Positions 25,270 to 39,754 of a stretch of 64,000 bases of DNA are shown here, piece by piece (positions within the stretch are counted from its first letter, which is position 1; each line of letters starts with the position of its first letter). The DNA is taken from contig OZ024740.1 of NCBI GenBank assembly GCA_964016885.1, positions 337,280,001-337,344,000 of the forward strand, written 5' to 3'. This DNA is from Eledone cirrhosa. Lineage: Eukaryota. A program made the position numbers and the translations under genes. The notes beneath the pieces were generated by a model that saw only the letters and a list, made by a program, of their open reading frames with translations, did no database searches and had not been told where the DNA came from.

Positions 25270-26019
25270 TTAAGGCAGGGAAATCTGCCAGAAAATATCT
25301 GGTGGAGTAGGATATGCAGTTATCACATACACAACTAGTCAGTTTAACAGTGTACCATGCTTTGTAGCTTGGTGGTCTTCAAGAAAACTAGGTATATAGA
25401 TGAATGGCTTGTGAGAGTGGTGCAAGCTATGTGGAAGGGACCTCTGTCAGTTTAGACAATGAGTTTTTTAGTATAAAACAAAAGTGTGTATGTAGGAAGT
25501 CGGTGGTAAAATGTGTTTATGTTAGAGTCCTGTAAAATTAAAAAAGCTAGTTAAACACAACTGCTTCTGTACTGACAAGGAGTGTCATTGTATTGAATGA
25601 AAAAAAAAAAAGGATTTTAGTAAACTACAACCACATGTTTACTACTAAGTTTCCATTCATATTTATATCCAAACGAGTATCCTCTACTTCCAACTAACCT
25701 TTCCCCCTGCCTCTGGGTCCCAGCTGACTGGATGGAGAATGCATGGCCCTGGAGGACAGCAAGGGAGACACGCTGGAACAGCTAATCCACCTATGGGTGG
25801 TCAACTCCACTCTGATAGCAAGTCTTCTAGTTGTTCAACGAACAGAATAGCCTGCTCATGAAATTAATGTATAAGTGCCTGAGCATTCCACAGATACCTG
25901 TACTTTTAATGTAATTCTTGAGGAGATTCAGCATGGTTGAATTACAGGCATAGACAAGGTGATGGACTTCCAAACAGTTTCTGTCTACCCAATTTCACTC
26001 ACATGCCATCGGTCAGCCT

Positions 26020-26058
<39 letters not shown>

Positions 26059-29000
26059 TTTATGTCTGCTTTTCCCTGTTTGCAAGGGTGGGAGAAGTCC
26101 TCTTCAGTACAGCATCTCTCCATTAGTCATGGTCCTTTGTCATCTCCTCTGTAAGCCTCAGCGATTTGAGGTCAACTCTCCCCACCTCTGCCCATATTTT
26201 CCGTGGTCTTCCTCTACTGCATCTAAAGCTATGGTAAATAAACACTTATCCAAGATGCCATGTAGTGGAATCACAACCTGAGGCCTAATGATTTGCAAAC
26301 CAAACTCCTTAACCATTCAGCCATACTGCATCAATGTGTGAAGGATTGTGATAATTTCTGTTTCTGTATTAATAGTATCAGAATGGATTGAGTATGAGAG
26401 TAATGAGTGAAGGTGCAATGGCCTACTGGTTAGGCATGTTGTGTCCTTGAGTAAGATACTTCATTTCAAATGGCTTCCATTCACTTAGCTGAAATAAATG
26501 AGTATCATCTGGGAGGTAACCTTGAAATGCAAGAATCTTTTATTCTCAGTTGTTTAATGTCAATGAAACTGGCATAAACTCCAGTCTGATTCAAGCAAGG
26601 AGAATTTTAAGTATTGAAGTTATTGAGAGTAATGATTTCGTAGAGTCAGGAAGTGAGATAGATGTCCTCAATAAGGCAAACATATGTACAATGAGTTGTT
26701 GAGGGCTGGAGGAATTCAGAGATCAGTAGAGGAAGTTGATATAATTTAGAAGAGTGGGAAGAGGAAAATTTCGAGTGAGAAAAGTTGAAAGTTTTGTTAC
26801 TGATATCCAGATGATAGAAGTAAAATCTATATTTGCAAAAATACCACTTTTTTGGAGTGAAGTTTAAGTAAAGCATGTAGCCTGGATAGCAGAGATGAAA
26901 TATATAAAAGGGATGAGAGAGATATTTGTATCTTAGGGGAATAGGCAGTGTGATTTGCATGTTAGTAGGAGATGATGTATAAGGTCTAAGTTAGAACGGA
27001 GTTCACAGGCATTAGAGAAAATGGAAAGAAAATTGTTCAGCAGATTTAGTTTTATTTTTTGACATCTAGGAAAATGAAGATGATGTCAGTGTGCTGTGAG
27101 GTTGCAATAATGATGTATTTCTGTCTGAATGCTTGCAGTAAAGTTAACTTATACTACAGGCACCTATGAGCCAGGCAGTGGCATTATGTTGGGTGGTATG
27201 ATGTACTTACCAACCCCATAAGAGGGGGAACAATTTACACCTTACAGGACTACATTAGATAAATGACAACATAGAACCAAAGAACATGTGTACACACACA
27301 CATGCTTTAGCTACTGATACATGGGTTTATTGCTTTACAATATAAAGTAGATACATACATATCCACCCTCATAATGTTCATAAGAATAATGAAAGTCACA
27401 TGCAAAAGAAAGAACTCCATACTATTCTAGCAGAGTAACTCATGTTTTTTTTTGTAAAAATATTATATATATTTGTTTTTTCTTTTTGGAGGTCATCATT
27501 CTCTCATACACACTTGTACCCCCCCCCCCCCCACACACACCAACCCCACCCTCACACCCACACCCACACCCACACACACATGCACATACAAAAGAAAAAA
27601 CAACAACCCATGTCATTAAGATCTTTATCATGTCAAATTCTCTAAAACAACATCCCTTCAGCTTTTTCAATTGTCCAAGCTCTACTTTGGCTACTTTTTA
27701 AGTATGACAGCAGCAAGTTGCTGAGGGCGAAAGACAGTTTTCATGATTAAAGAGAATCAAAACAAGAATAAGATAGGATAAGCTGTCAACAGTTAGTATT
27801 ATGTGATAAACTATTTCAGTTTCGGTTATCTAGTGACAGCATCAGTGATGTCATTATAAGGAACACAAGAAACAAAATATTTTTTTTTACAGTTTATCTC
27901 TTAATCTTGTCATGGTTTACGAATTATGTTTCATTATCTGGCTCTATTTTATACACCAATATTTCACACCAAAACAACAAAATATATTTCAACACTGGCA
28001 ACATATTTCTAGTTTTATTCTTGTTATTCGTGTCTTGGAAATGAGGAATTTAAGCTTCATGTTATAATGGAACAGCTTTTCTTGTTTTGGAAATAATTTG
28101 TTGTACATCATAGTGTTAGTCTTGCCAAGTTCTCTTGTTATTATTTGTCTTGGAACTGAAGAATTCAAGCTTCATAACTGTTTCTATTTTTGGCACAAGA
28201 CAAGAAATTTGAGGGGAAAGGAAAATCGATTAAATCGGCTACAGTGCTTTACTGGTACTTTATTTCATTGACCCCGTAAGGATGAAAGGCAGAGCTAACC
28301 TCGGCAAGCTAACTATATGCAGCAAAGAATGCTGTCTGATACTCTACTGATACTGCCAAACCACTGCCATGCTACATGTTATAATGAAATGACTTTTCCT
28401 GTTTTGGAATGATATTGTTGTGCCTCATTGTGGTAGTCTTGCCAAGATCTCTTGTTATTCAAATGTTACTCAGTGTACACACACACAAGCACACATGCAT
28501 ACACATACATGCACACACACATGCATGCACACACGCATGCATATATATATACCTGCTTGCTTTGGCTACTTTTTAAGTAAACAGACTCATGTACACATAT
28601 ACATATACAAATTTCACACACATACATTTTGCTATTCTTCTTGTCTGCATTTGTATGCCATGAGAGAGCTTCTATGTGACCATTCAAATTGTTAGAAATA
28701 ATAGAAAAATCTCCCTCAAATCTTCTATCATCTTAAAAATGGAAGGTAACATTGAATATTATGCCTGAAAAAAGAAAACGGCTATGGTAATGGTTAAAAT
28801 ACCTTTGACTGTAAGTCTGATCATTCAGGGAAGATATGGGTTAAACAAGACTCACCAGTTGTAATAATGTTTCCATTCCTCAACTCTTTTTTTGAAAATA
28901 GTCAAAAAATTGAAAGAATGTAATAAAATAATTCAGTTTTTTTTTTATTAATAAACTGATATTTAGAATATCACTTAACAAAAAGTTCTAAAATTTTATA

Positions 29001-29870
29001 ATGATGATAACTTATAATATAAAGATATACATTTAAAAATGAACAGTTTTGTATCATAAATTCAGTATGATTTTAGGCAATTTAGTATCAAAAGAGTTAA
29101 AGTTTAGCAAAATCATAGGAATGAGTGAGATTCTATGTAGTAAATACATAGATCTCGGCAAAATAATGAATCTTATAGTTGGCCCCTGATGTGTGTGTGT
29201 GCATGAGAGAGAGAGAGAGACTTCATACTAAACAACTAAACACTTAATTTAATCCATCTTCCTCACACTCTGGTCTTTCTATAACGTTCCACAGGCTCAG
29301 TTAGTGTCTAATCTTATTAGCAGTGATAGAAATGGAGGAGTTCATGACTGTATGGTGTATGTCTACTTCTCAATTTTCAGGTTTTTTGTATATTCAATGT
29401 CTACTACTATTATCAGCTTTGTCAATTTTCTTTAAAAAAAAATCTACTTGTTTATTTTATATAATTATGTCAGCATATTTTATTCACTTCTCATAAAACA
29501 ACATAATAGAGATTCATTTATAATATATTACACAGTAAAAGTGACTGAGTATTCTGAAAACAGCCATGAAATAGGCAATATTTTACAAACTACCCTCAGA
29601 AACTTACAGCATTTTTCTTATAGGTTCATTTTTCTCATCCTTGTGATCTCTGATCCTAAATCCTAGAAATGGCTTTATCATATTAGTTCCTCAAACTCAT
29701 TTCCATCATTGCTCCTTCAACTAGTGTCTAGTGTAAACATATTTACTCTAACATTTGGCTTCTAACAACTTCTGATGATATCATGGTGAAGCCATCATTG
29801 AATACAGTTCTGCTTTCTAATAGATGTGTATATGAAGGTATATATATATGTTTATGAATAATAAATGTTA

Positions 29871-31030
29871 CCATGCTTGCTGATGATACAAATCTTTTCT
29901 TAACTGGAAAGACTACCTCACATTATAAGAAGTGAACAGCCAATTATCACTTGTAAATGACTGGTATTCAGCAAATAAGCTGTCTCTGAATGTAAATAAA
30001 ACTAAGTACACTCTATTCTGCTCATGAGCTAATGATGATGATCTGCTCTTACAGCCCTCAAAACTTCATTTTGGTTCAAAAGAAGTCAAAAGGTCCAGAT
30101 ATACAAAGTTTCTGGGAAACCTTACTGACAAAAATTTGAATTGGAAATTGTACATTCAACCTATAGAATATAAACTACTGACACAAATTGGAATAATCTG
30201 TAGAACATGTATGTTTTTGGACAACAAAGCGATGAAACTGATATATTTTTCCTTTGTTAATTTATACTTAATATATGGTAACCTAGCTTTAGGTAGTGTC
30301 AAGACAAAATTAAGTAAACTTCATAGTTTACAAAAACATGTAGTCAGGATTATATCAAAGGCTCTCTGAGGTTCCCATTCTCAGCCTTTAATGTTTGATG
30401 ATAAAATACTAAACATTTATGAGATAAATTTGGCTGCTCACTTGAGACTGAAGTTCAAAGTTTATCACAACTCTACACCAAAATGTGTTCAAGAAAAATT
30501 TATAAAGAATTTTTACAAATATCTGATGAAGTGTTCTAGGGCAACATTCAGATGTAATAGTTTTGCCATAACAAAATTTAATAAATTCAGCCACTGCTAT
30601 CGTGAACCAATTGTCTGGAATCATTTTATGTGCAAATATGCAACTCTTCCAGACTCAAAAGATGTAAAATATATATAAAAAGGATGCTATTGAGAAATCA
30701 ACAAACCTGTTTCTGGTAAAAACCTATCATTTTTAGTAACATTAAAAAAGATATTTCAAAATTTGTAAATAAAATAAAAAATGACTTTGCATTAAGTGCC
30801 CCTTTTTACAGGCCGTCATGAAAAGGGTGATAGTTTTTTTAATTATAATCCTTCTCAATGGCCTCACTAGCCTGATTAGCGCATTCTCAATAATGAACTA
30901 CTTCATTTCATTCCTAAGGAATTTTTATTCTCTTCTTTGTAAATAGTGTATCATACTTTTTTCCTTTAAGCACCTTTTTTATATTTAAAATTTATACATG
31001 GCTAGTGAAATAAATGATAGTATAAAAAAT
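29871..31030 (+). pseudogene. Degenerate CR1/L2-group LINE: RT C-terminus and 3' UTR
   Basis: MLADDTNLF...WYSANKLSLNVNKTKY...KFLG..DKNLNWK...LIYFSFV..YLIYG...LQKHVVRII, with stops and frameshifts; A-rich end. Confidence 0.85.
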
Positions 31031-31263
31031 ACATATGTCTCATTACGAATGTTTTAAGCTGTTATCATGTCACAGCTATCTCTGTACAAGCACCAATGCA
31101 TCGGTACAACCTCTGATTTATGGTGATATGCTTATTTCAAAACTCTGCCTTGTAATTATTGCAAATTACAGTGCACACTCAGAATCTTCTGAAGCTCTAC
31201 TGAGCACCAAAACCTGACAACAGGCCTGATACTACTGCTAATTTTTTTTCTTTGTGTTCACAG

Positions 31264-31380
31264 GGAAATTGCAAATGTTCTAACAGAAGAATTACATGTA
31301 AATGTCTATCAACAGAACAGTGGTTCAAATTTTGAAGTTTTCTCAAAACAACCCACAGAGAAAAGTTTGCATTTCAAGAG
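31264..31380 (+). CDS. BAIAP3: Internal exon C of BAIAP3/Munc13-4-like gene (C2A)
   Basis: ttttctttgtgttcacag| ... |gtttgt. 117 nt, phase 2 to 2, EIANVLTEELHVNVYQQNSGSNFEVFSKQPTEKSLHFK(S). Aligns with BAIAP3-type EIEDVSTDQLHLDIWDHD. Confidence 0.85.
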
Positions 31381-32678
31381 GTTTGTTTATTCATCAGTTT
31401 TTGTTTAATTAAATCATTTTTCTTTTAGTGGATATCTTTTTATTCAAGGTTGTATAAATAACATTACAAATTGTTCACAATTATTTCAGAATGAAAGTAT
31501 AAACACATAATAAATACAATTAACTATTGCTAGGAACCTTACAAATACATTGCACCAAAATATTGGATCAAAGTGAGAAAAAAAATATAGCGAAAAAACA
31601 AAACAAAAACGACCATCAATTCACCACCAAGTGCAACATTCAGCCACACATCACAAAGGTCAACAGAAATTTTCGAGGCAAGCCAACACGCTTGTACCAT
31701 TACCGTGAGTGATGGTGAGACTAAGGTGCTGAAACAACCAGGCACCCTCGCAGGCATCACCTAACACCTTGGTAAGGAAAGTCACCGATAATGACAAGAA
31801 CTTTGCTGTCAGTGGCCCAACTCCATCAAACATCAAAGTTGTACTTGCTTGGAAAAGAATTTGATCTGAGATTGCGAATTGAAACTGAAACAATTACTTT
31901 GAGGAAAGCCATTTTATCCATTAAACCTTTTAATACCAAACCATCTGAAATCAGCCCTAGTTCTATAATACTAAGATGTCTATTTTAAAGTGTATATATT
32001 TATCAAAAACCTTGCCATCATGATTTTATGTAAGAATATTTGTTAAGTTATGCTCGAAACATTGAAACACCAAGTTAATAACGAGAAAGTTATTTTATTA
32101 AACCCCTTCAAATTCTTGATTATTTAAAAAATTATTTGAAAATCCTAGGCAGGGTTTTTCATTAGATTTATAGTAACAACGATGTTTAAGCCCTACAAGA
32201 AACTGTTATATTTACTTTTGAGGTGTCAAACTTTTTATTGCATCTTTTGTTATTCTGTCAGGGCGATATAAAATACTTTTGAGGTCCAAAACACTTAAAA
32301 GATTATGATGTTCCTCTATATATTTAGTCTGCCTTCCCCCCTCCCAAAGTTTTTTTTTTAGTAATTAATATATTTAATTTGAATAAAATGGTGACCTCTC
32401 TTCCCTTGATGTCCTAAGCATGTGCATATTTTGCTTAATGGTTAATCCAGTTTAGTCAACTGTAGCTGAAACTTAGTTACTGGTTAGTTTGGGTATGAGA
32501 TTGATTGTCAGACTGTTGTGAGTATTTTTCATTTTTCTATCAGTCAATAAATCAGTACTTACCATTACTACCATCTAAATAGTTCTATAATTTTCCTTCC
32601 TTATTTTCTCTTTTTTTTTCTTTTTTCCTCTCTCTATTCTCTCTTTTTCCATTATCTTTTTCTTTCATATTTCTTCTT

Positions 32679-33207
32679 GGTAAACACCCTAATGAGATAA
32701 CCGTCTCCCCATTTGAGGGAGGTATATCTCTAATCGCTAATGTCATGTGTTGCTACACATTCTTCACTTCCAGCCTTGATGCATCATGCACAAATCTAGG
32801 TACTGCCACCTGTAATGCAGAGAAGAGGAAGACAGCTAAATACTTGGACATGACCAACTGCATCATTTTCATGTCAGTTGCCACCAAGACCTCGAGTGTT
32901 CTCACTCCTTGAACTGCTGTATTCCTCTGCAAAATCAGGAGGAGTACATCTTTCCTGAAGAAGGAGCCTCCTGAGGTAGAGTGGCTGATGCAGTAAGTGT
33001 TGCTGTCTGTTCTCTGTGGAAATACTTTTGCTATTTTGTCCACACATCTGAGACATACTACCTAGACAGGAGTGTAGAGTCTGCCACACCTCACACTTAA
33101 CCTTACTTTTGCTATGTAATTTTTTATTTTCCATTTCTTTTTCATTTTTTCTTTCTATTATATTATTTATTTCCATGAATAAAATATTCATTGTTGAAAT
33201 AAAAAAA
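32679..33207 (+). pseudogene. Degenerate CRE-like (REL-endonuclease) non-LTR retrotransposon 3' end
   Basis: One frame gives GKHPNEITVSPFEGGISLIANVMCCYTF...AEKRKTAKY...FMSVATKT...WLMQ*VLLSVLCGNTFAIL. This parallels the GKRPDGLT..W..G..LVWD.TC.DT...E..K..KY...ET.G...QR.S.A.QRGN pattern. A-rich tail. Confidence 0.7.
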
Positions 33208-33794
33208 TTGCCATTATAGCTTGTTTAGAAATGAAGTAGCTATCTTGTCCTTGTTTGCTTTGCATATATAAAGTATTTCTGAGATATTTTCACATTGTAC
33301 AAATCTATAGAAATTAGATTCTTCTTAAGTAAATTTAAATGAATTTAGTGTGGTGCAAAATAAAAAATAATAAAGCAAGTAGAAATTTTATTGATAACAT
33401 TGAATCTAAATGAATATATCTCCATACATACACACAGAGTTTAGTCTAATAACTGGCTTTTAACTGTTTCTCACACTTTACAAAATAAATAAAAAGTGCT
33501 GAAGCCACGATAAAATGCACACAGTCTACTCTGTAAAGTGGTGTCAGTTTTGTGTTTTGTTTTAAAGACTAAAATGACTCTTCTATGATCTGTCAGGACA
33601 CTCCATCCTTCAAAACTTCCATGCTTCCTGGAATTTGCAATGCTACTCCTGATATTTCCCCTCTATACACACGTATGCAGGTATCTCTGGTATATCATGA
33701 CTCATACACTGTTCACTTTCCTCCCGTTTGGACATTATTCTATGTACTATGCTTACACCTTTGATGAGTTGTAGTGCATCTGAATACTGTACAT

Positions 33795-33977
33795 TGGATT
33801 GGCAGTATCGGTAGAGGGTCGGACGCTATGCTTTGCAGCATAGTTACATCCCTTTACGGACTAAGTTCAAATCCCGCCGAGGTTAACTTTGCCTTTCATC
33901 CTTACGGGGTCGATAAAATAAAGTACCAGTAATGCACTGGGTAATTGCTGGCCTTGTGCCAAAAGTAGAAACAATTA
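33795..33977 (+). mobile_element. SINE family 2
   Basis: Homologous to 2969-3157. Confidence 0.9.
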
Positions 33978-34036
33978 TCATTATCATAATTGCTAATTAA
34001 GTTGTTTCACTATTTAACACAATGCTTTGTCTAAAC

Positions 34037-34200
34037 TAGGCATGGGCAACCCTTTTCAAGCAGTGAGCTGCATAACATATAACTCATCATATGGTGGGCT
34101 GCACTACTAAAAAAATTAAGGTAATTTTGAAATTAGACATGCCATTCAGAAAGACAACCAGGCCGCATGTGGCCCACAAGTTGAAGTTTGCTCATGACTG
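34037..34200. mobile_element. hAT (Charlie-type) MITE
   Basis: TIRs taggcatgggcaac / gtttgctcatgactg; 8-bp TSD gtctaaac / atctaaac. Confidence 0.75.
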
Positions 34201-35074
34201 ATCTAAACTAATCTATTTAATCCTCTTCCAAATATTATCTCCTTTCTAGATAACCTTGTTATTTTTTCCAAATCACAAGCTTATATAGAGACAGTACTTG
34301 TTACTGCTTTCTAAAGATTTAACAGATGAAAGATAACCGCAACCTCAGAAAAACTCAACAGCCAATAAAATACTTGTTAATGTTAGTTTCACAGTGCTGT
34401 TGTTGCTTGCAAGAGGGGATTATATTCTACTGTGTGGTGTTGCTTGTGCACTAGATTGACTGAGCCAATCAGTGTCAAGTTTTGGCTATGGACAAGGAAC
34501 ATGTTTCTGCGACAAGCTGTACTAGGCAAAGTGAACTGCAAGGGACCCCATCATGTTTTGAATATATATTAAAATATATATTGTTATGCGAGAATTCATT
34601 ACTTGACAGCCAAACAAGTTCTATAGCTAAATGGGAAATTCATCGAAAATGTCTAAGCGTGGTTGTTGCACAATAGATTCTATAATAATATCTTTCTTTA
34701 AGTATGGAGTACTAAGTTGAATAACTATCTTACTTGTCTTAACTAGCAACATCTCATCCATCTATTAAAATATCTATTAAAATATAGCTATGAAATATAT
34801 CTTTGTCAAAATTTAGAATATTATGATTGTTATTAAATGCATTTCTTTTTCTTTAGTTATTACCTCAGTTTTATAGGTTGGTATCAACCTCAGCATTGTT
34901 CTATGTTTAGGTCTACATTCACATTCTTTTAATTTTCTTTAAGTTTCATTCAAGCAGTTTGTGGGGTCTCCAAATGTTCTCTATCCCAGAGTCCCTAGTT
35001 GCTTTAATTTTGCTCTGGCGACAAGATATGAACCATAAAACCTTGGTTGGGTAACCAATGTCATGTCAAACTTT

Positions 35075-37078
35075 GCCATGCACTCACTGTACACCAGTAG
35101 ATTATGACAGTGGCCATACCAGAGGCCATGGACTCACTGTACACCAGTAGATTATAACAGTGGCCATTCCAGAGGTCATGGACTCACTGTACACCAGTAG
35201 ATTATGACAGTGGCCATACCAGAGGCCACGGACTCACTGTACACCAGTAGATTATGACAGTGGCCATTCCAGAGGCCATGCACTCACTGTACAGCAGTAG
35301 ATTATGACAGTGGCCATAGCAGAGGCCATGGACTCACTGTACACCAGTAGATTATGACAGTGGCCATACCAGAGGCCATGGACTCACTGTACAACAGTAG
35401 ATTATGACAGTGGCCATTCCAGAGGCCATGCACTCACTGTACACCAGTAGATTATGACAGTGGCCATAGCAGAGGCCATGGACTCACTGTACACCAGTAG
35501 ATTATGACAGTGGCCATACCAGAGGCCATGGACTCACTGTACAACAGTAGATTATGACAGTGGCCATTCCAGAGGTCATGGACTCACTGTACAGCAGTAG
35601 ATTATGACAGTGGCCATTCCAGAGGTCACGGACTCACTGTACACCAGTAGATTATGACCGTGGCCATACCAGAGGCCATGGACTCACTGTACACCAGTAG
35701 ATTATGACAGTGGCCATACCAGAGGCCATGGACTCACTGTACACCAGTAGATTATGACAGTGGCCATTCCAGAGGTCATGGACTCACTGTACACCAGTAG
35801 ATTATGACAGTGGCCATAGCAGAGGCCATGGACTCACTGTACAACAGTAGATTATGACACTGGCCATACCAGAGGTCATAGACTCACTGTACACCAGTAG
35901 ATTATGACAGTGGCTATACCAGAGGTCATAGACTCACTGTACACCAGTAGATTATGACAGTGGCCATACCAGAGGCCATGGACTCACTGTACACCAGTAG
36001 ATTATGACACTGGCCATACCAGAGGTCATAGACTCACTGTACACCAGTAGATTATGACAGTGGCTATACCAGAGGCCATGGACTCACTGTACACCAGTAG
36101 ATTATGACACTGGCCATACCAGAGGTCATAGACTCACTGTACACCAGTAGATTATGACAGTGGCCATACCAGAGGCCATGGACTCACTGTACACCAGTAG
36201 ATTATGACAGTGGCCATACCAGAGGCCATGGACTCACTGTACACCAGTAGATTATGACAGTGGCCATTCCAGAGGCCATGGACTCACTGTACACCAGTAG
36301 ATTATGACAGTGGCCATTCCAGAGGTCATGGACTCACTGTACACCAGTAGATTATGACAGTGGCTATACCAGAGGCCATGGACTCACTGTACACCAGTAG
36401 ATTATGACAGTGGCCATACCAGAGGCCATGCACTCACTGTACACCAGTAGATTATGACAGTGGCCATTCCAGAGGCCATGGACTCACTGTACAACAGTAG
36501 ATTATGACAGTGGCCATTCCAGAGGTCATGGACTCACTGTACACCAGTAGATTATGACAGTGGCCATACCAGAGGCCATGCACTCACTGTACACCAGTAG
36601 ATTATGACAGTGGCCATACCAGAGGCCATGCACTCACTGTACACCAGTAGATTATGACAGTGGCCATTCCAGAGGCCATGGACTCACTGTACACCAGTAG
36701 ATTATGACAGTGGCCATTCCAGAGGTCATGGACTCACTGTACACCAGTAGATTATGACAGTGGCCATTCCAGAGGTCATGGACTCACTGTACACCAGTAG
36801 ATTATGACAGTGGCCATACCAGAGGCCATGGACTCACTGTACACCAGTAGATTATGACAGTGGCTATACCAGAGGCCATGGACTCACTGTACACCAGTAG
36901 ATTATGACACTGGCCATACCAGAGGTCATAGACTCACTGTACACCAGTAGATTATGACAGTGGCCATACCAGAGGCCATGGACTTACTGTACACCAGTAG
37001 ATTATGACAGTGGCTATACCAGAGGCCATGGACTCACTGTACACCAGTAGATTATGACAGTGGCCATACCAGAGGCCA
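35075..37078. repeat. 50-bp minisatellite, 40 units
   Basis: Unit gactcactgtacaccagtagattatgacagtggccataccagaggccatg keeps an exact 50-bp register, with substitution variants only. Confidence 0.97.
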
Positions 37079-37537
37079 GTGGATTCAGTCAAAGCATGAC
37101 AATTTCTGATCCTCTGAACTTGCTACTGATGGTGATGATTGTGTTATGCTGTATAATATTTTATTGTATGTCATATGTTGTACTGGAGGCACGTGGCCAA
37201 GTGGTGCTAAGGGTGCTGGATTTATGTTATAATATCATGGGTTCGATTCCTGGGCTGGGTCGTGTGTTGTGTTCTTGAGTAAAACACTTCATTTCACATT
37301 GCTCCAGTATATTTAGCTGAAAATGAGTACCAGCTATAGCTATGGATTTAACCCTGCTGTGGACTGGCATCATGCCGCTTCATGCCATGAAACTAGGATA
37401 AGCACCAGCCTGGTGAGCCTTCTGGCTTAAGACAGACTTTAGACTTTAGATGTATGGTGTCATGTGGTGTGTACATGCATTGTCTTTCATAATAACCTTA
37501 TCAATATTCATTAACGCAGTCACATTTCTGTTTGCAG

Positions 37538-37613
37538 TATGTTCGGTTTGTCTCGCCAGAATGAACGAGGGAGAGGATTAGAAAACTTAGGGGCAACCAT
37601 TATACCACTAAGG
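37538..37613 (+). CDS. BAIAP3: Internal exon D of BAIAP3/Munc13-4-like gene (C2A)
   Basis: tttctgtttgcag| ... |gtaagt. 76 nt, phase 2 to 0, MFGLSRQNERGRGLENLGATIIPLR. Matches DDFLGCLNIPVR-type motif. Confidence 0.87.
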
Positions 37614-38554
37614 GTAAGTGACATTGAGAGAGTGTTGACAGGTTTGAAGTATTTCTTGTAACCCTTCTTTTAACACCGCCACCATCACCACCACCACCAC
37701 CACCACCACCACCACCAACACCACCACCACCATCAACAACACCACTGCTGCCACCAGTATCACATCTAATAGTACAACAAGGCCTGCTCTCCACCATCTT
37801 AACTAGCTGTTACTCTTCTTTTATCTGATAGTTCAACTAAGACTGTTTTTCAACCAGCTCAACAAGTCGTGACTCTCTCACTCATAGTACAACTGCAGCT
37901 GGCAATCTACAAGAAGTAAAAGCTGTGAAGCCAATTTAATTATATGATTATGTAATTATGGGCATATTAAGTGTCCTGCTGAGAAATCAGTTTCTGCAGT
38001 GTTGGTTTAGGGTGGTAGATAATTTTGGAAAGCTCACTAATTTTGTCTTCCTTATTAAACAGAGTTACCAATGTGGAAAACATTTGGCAAGAATAAAACC
38101 AATATGTAACTCTCCAGGAATCAGTGTTGATAGAGAAATAAAGTTACTATAATATCTGGAAATTGCTAAGAGAATTGGTTTGAAGAATTATGCCATGTGA
38201 GGATAGATTTATCAGTAATAATATGCTTCAGTTTAAGATATATTTTGACATATTTATGTGGCTTATGAATTTAGTGCTAAAACGTGAAGGTATTTAGGCT
38301 GTTTTGAGAAAATCCTGTTTTATTTTGGTGCAGGTATGGCTGTGTGGTAAAGAAGTTTGTTCCACAATTACAAGGGTTCATATTTAGCTCCATAATATAT
38401 TTTCTTTCATTTTGAATTTATATTTTAATGTGAAATATTTATGTAGTTAAGTATTGTACGATGGGGTACTGAAAAGTTCCTGTCTTTGGGTAAAAGAAAA
38501 TACAAGAGAAACAGTTAATATATGGTGTGGTAAATAAATATATACATATATTTA

Positions 38555-39316
38555 TGGGTACACAAGAGATGTAGCGGGATAGCAGGCAAACTAACAGGTA
38601 GGGAGAAATATGTATGCAGTAGATGTACAGGGAAATTAGACAGTAGAAGTCGCACTGATAGACACATTTTTCAAATGCGAGAGGGCGCTATAGAAGTGGT
38701 GGATAGCTTCCGGTACCTAGGAGATCAGATTAGCATGGGAGGAGGGTGTTCCGAGGCCATAGTATCTAGAATAAGGACGGGTTGGAAGAAGTTTAGGGAG
38801 CTGCTTCCTCTGTTGACGAAGAAGGGTTTCTCCCTGCGTACGAAAGGCCGGTTGTATGATGCCTGTGTGAGGAGCGCGATGCTGCATGGTAGTGAGACAT
38901 GGGCAGCAACCGCAGAAGATATGCGACGGCTGGAGAGAAATGAGGCAAGCATGCTCCGTTGGATGTGCAGTGTAAATGTGCGTGAACGACCCAGCATAAA
39001 TGTGTTGAGAGAGAAATTGTGTCTGAGAGGGATACAATGTAGTGTACGGGAGAGGAGACTGAGGTGGTATGGACATGTGATGCGCATGGAGGATGACCGA
39101 TGGGTGAAGAAGTGCCAGGAAATGCCAGTTGAAGGAAGACGTGGTAGAGGTAGACCACGAAAAACATGGGCGGAGGTGGTGAGAACAGACCTCAGATCAT
39201 TGAAGCTCACGGTGGAGATGACGAGGGACCGTGACGAGTGGAGAGATGCTGTGCTGAATAAGACCCGTCCCACCCTTGCAAGCAAGGAAAAGCGGACGTA
39301 AAATGATGATGATGAT
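38555..39316 (+). mobile_element. 5'-truncated RTE LINE, second subfamily (stop codon abuts the (TGA)n tail)
   Basis: Starts at WVHKRCSG; ORF 38675-39301 has YLGD, LYDACV and RWYGHV and ends KEKRT* followed by aatgatgatgat. Confidence 0.92.
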
Positions 39317-39336
39317 ATATGTTAGGTCTGAACATA

Positions 39337-39754
39337 ATGATTTCTACTTTAGGCACAAGGTCAACAACTTTTTGGGGAAGGAAAAGTCGATTAAATCGAC
39401 CCAGTGTATTACTGGTGCTTTATTTTATTGACCCCGTAAGGATGAAAGGCAAAGCTAACCTTGGCGGGATTTGAACTCAGAACGTAAATGGCCGTAACTC
39501 TATGCTGTGAAGCATGTTGTCCGATGCTCTATTGATACTGCCAATTCAACCATCCTCTGAAAATAATTGTTTCTACTTTTGGCACAAGGCCAGCAATTAC
39601 CCAGTGTATTACTGGTACTTTATTTTATTGACTCCATAAGGATGAAAGGCAAAGTTAAACTTGGCGGGATTTGAACTCAGAATGGCAAGGGCCGTAACTC
39701 TATGCGTCAAAGCATGGTGTCCGACCCTATACCGATACTGCCAATCCAATGCCC
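39337..39754 (-). mobile_element. Two tandem SINE family 2 copies
   Basis: Copies at ~39337-39555 and ~39562-39754, delimited by three copies of tctgaa(c/a)ataat. Confidence 0.88.

Noticed and set aside
29772-29812. CTGATGA followed by a small hairpin as a further hammerhead
   Set aside because: No GAAA or stem III and no stem I; consistent with chance or advanced decay.
35075-37078. CRISPR array or RAG-type recombination signal array
   Set aside because: Units are contiguous with no unique spacers, there are no cas genes and the context is eukaryotic. gacagtg/cactgta is not the CACAGTG heptamer and no nonamer is present.
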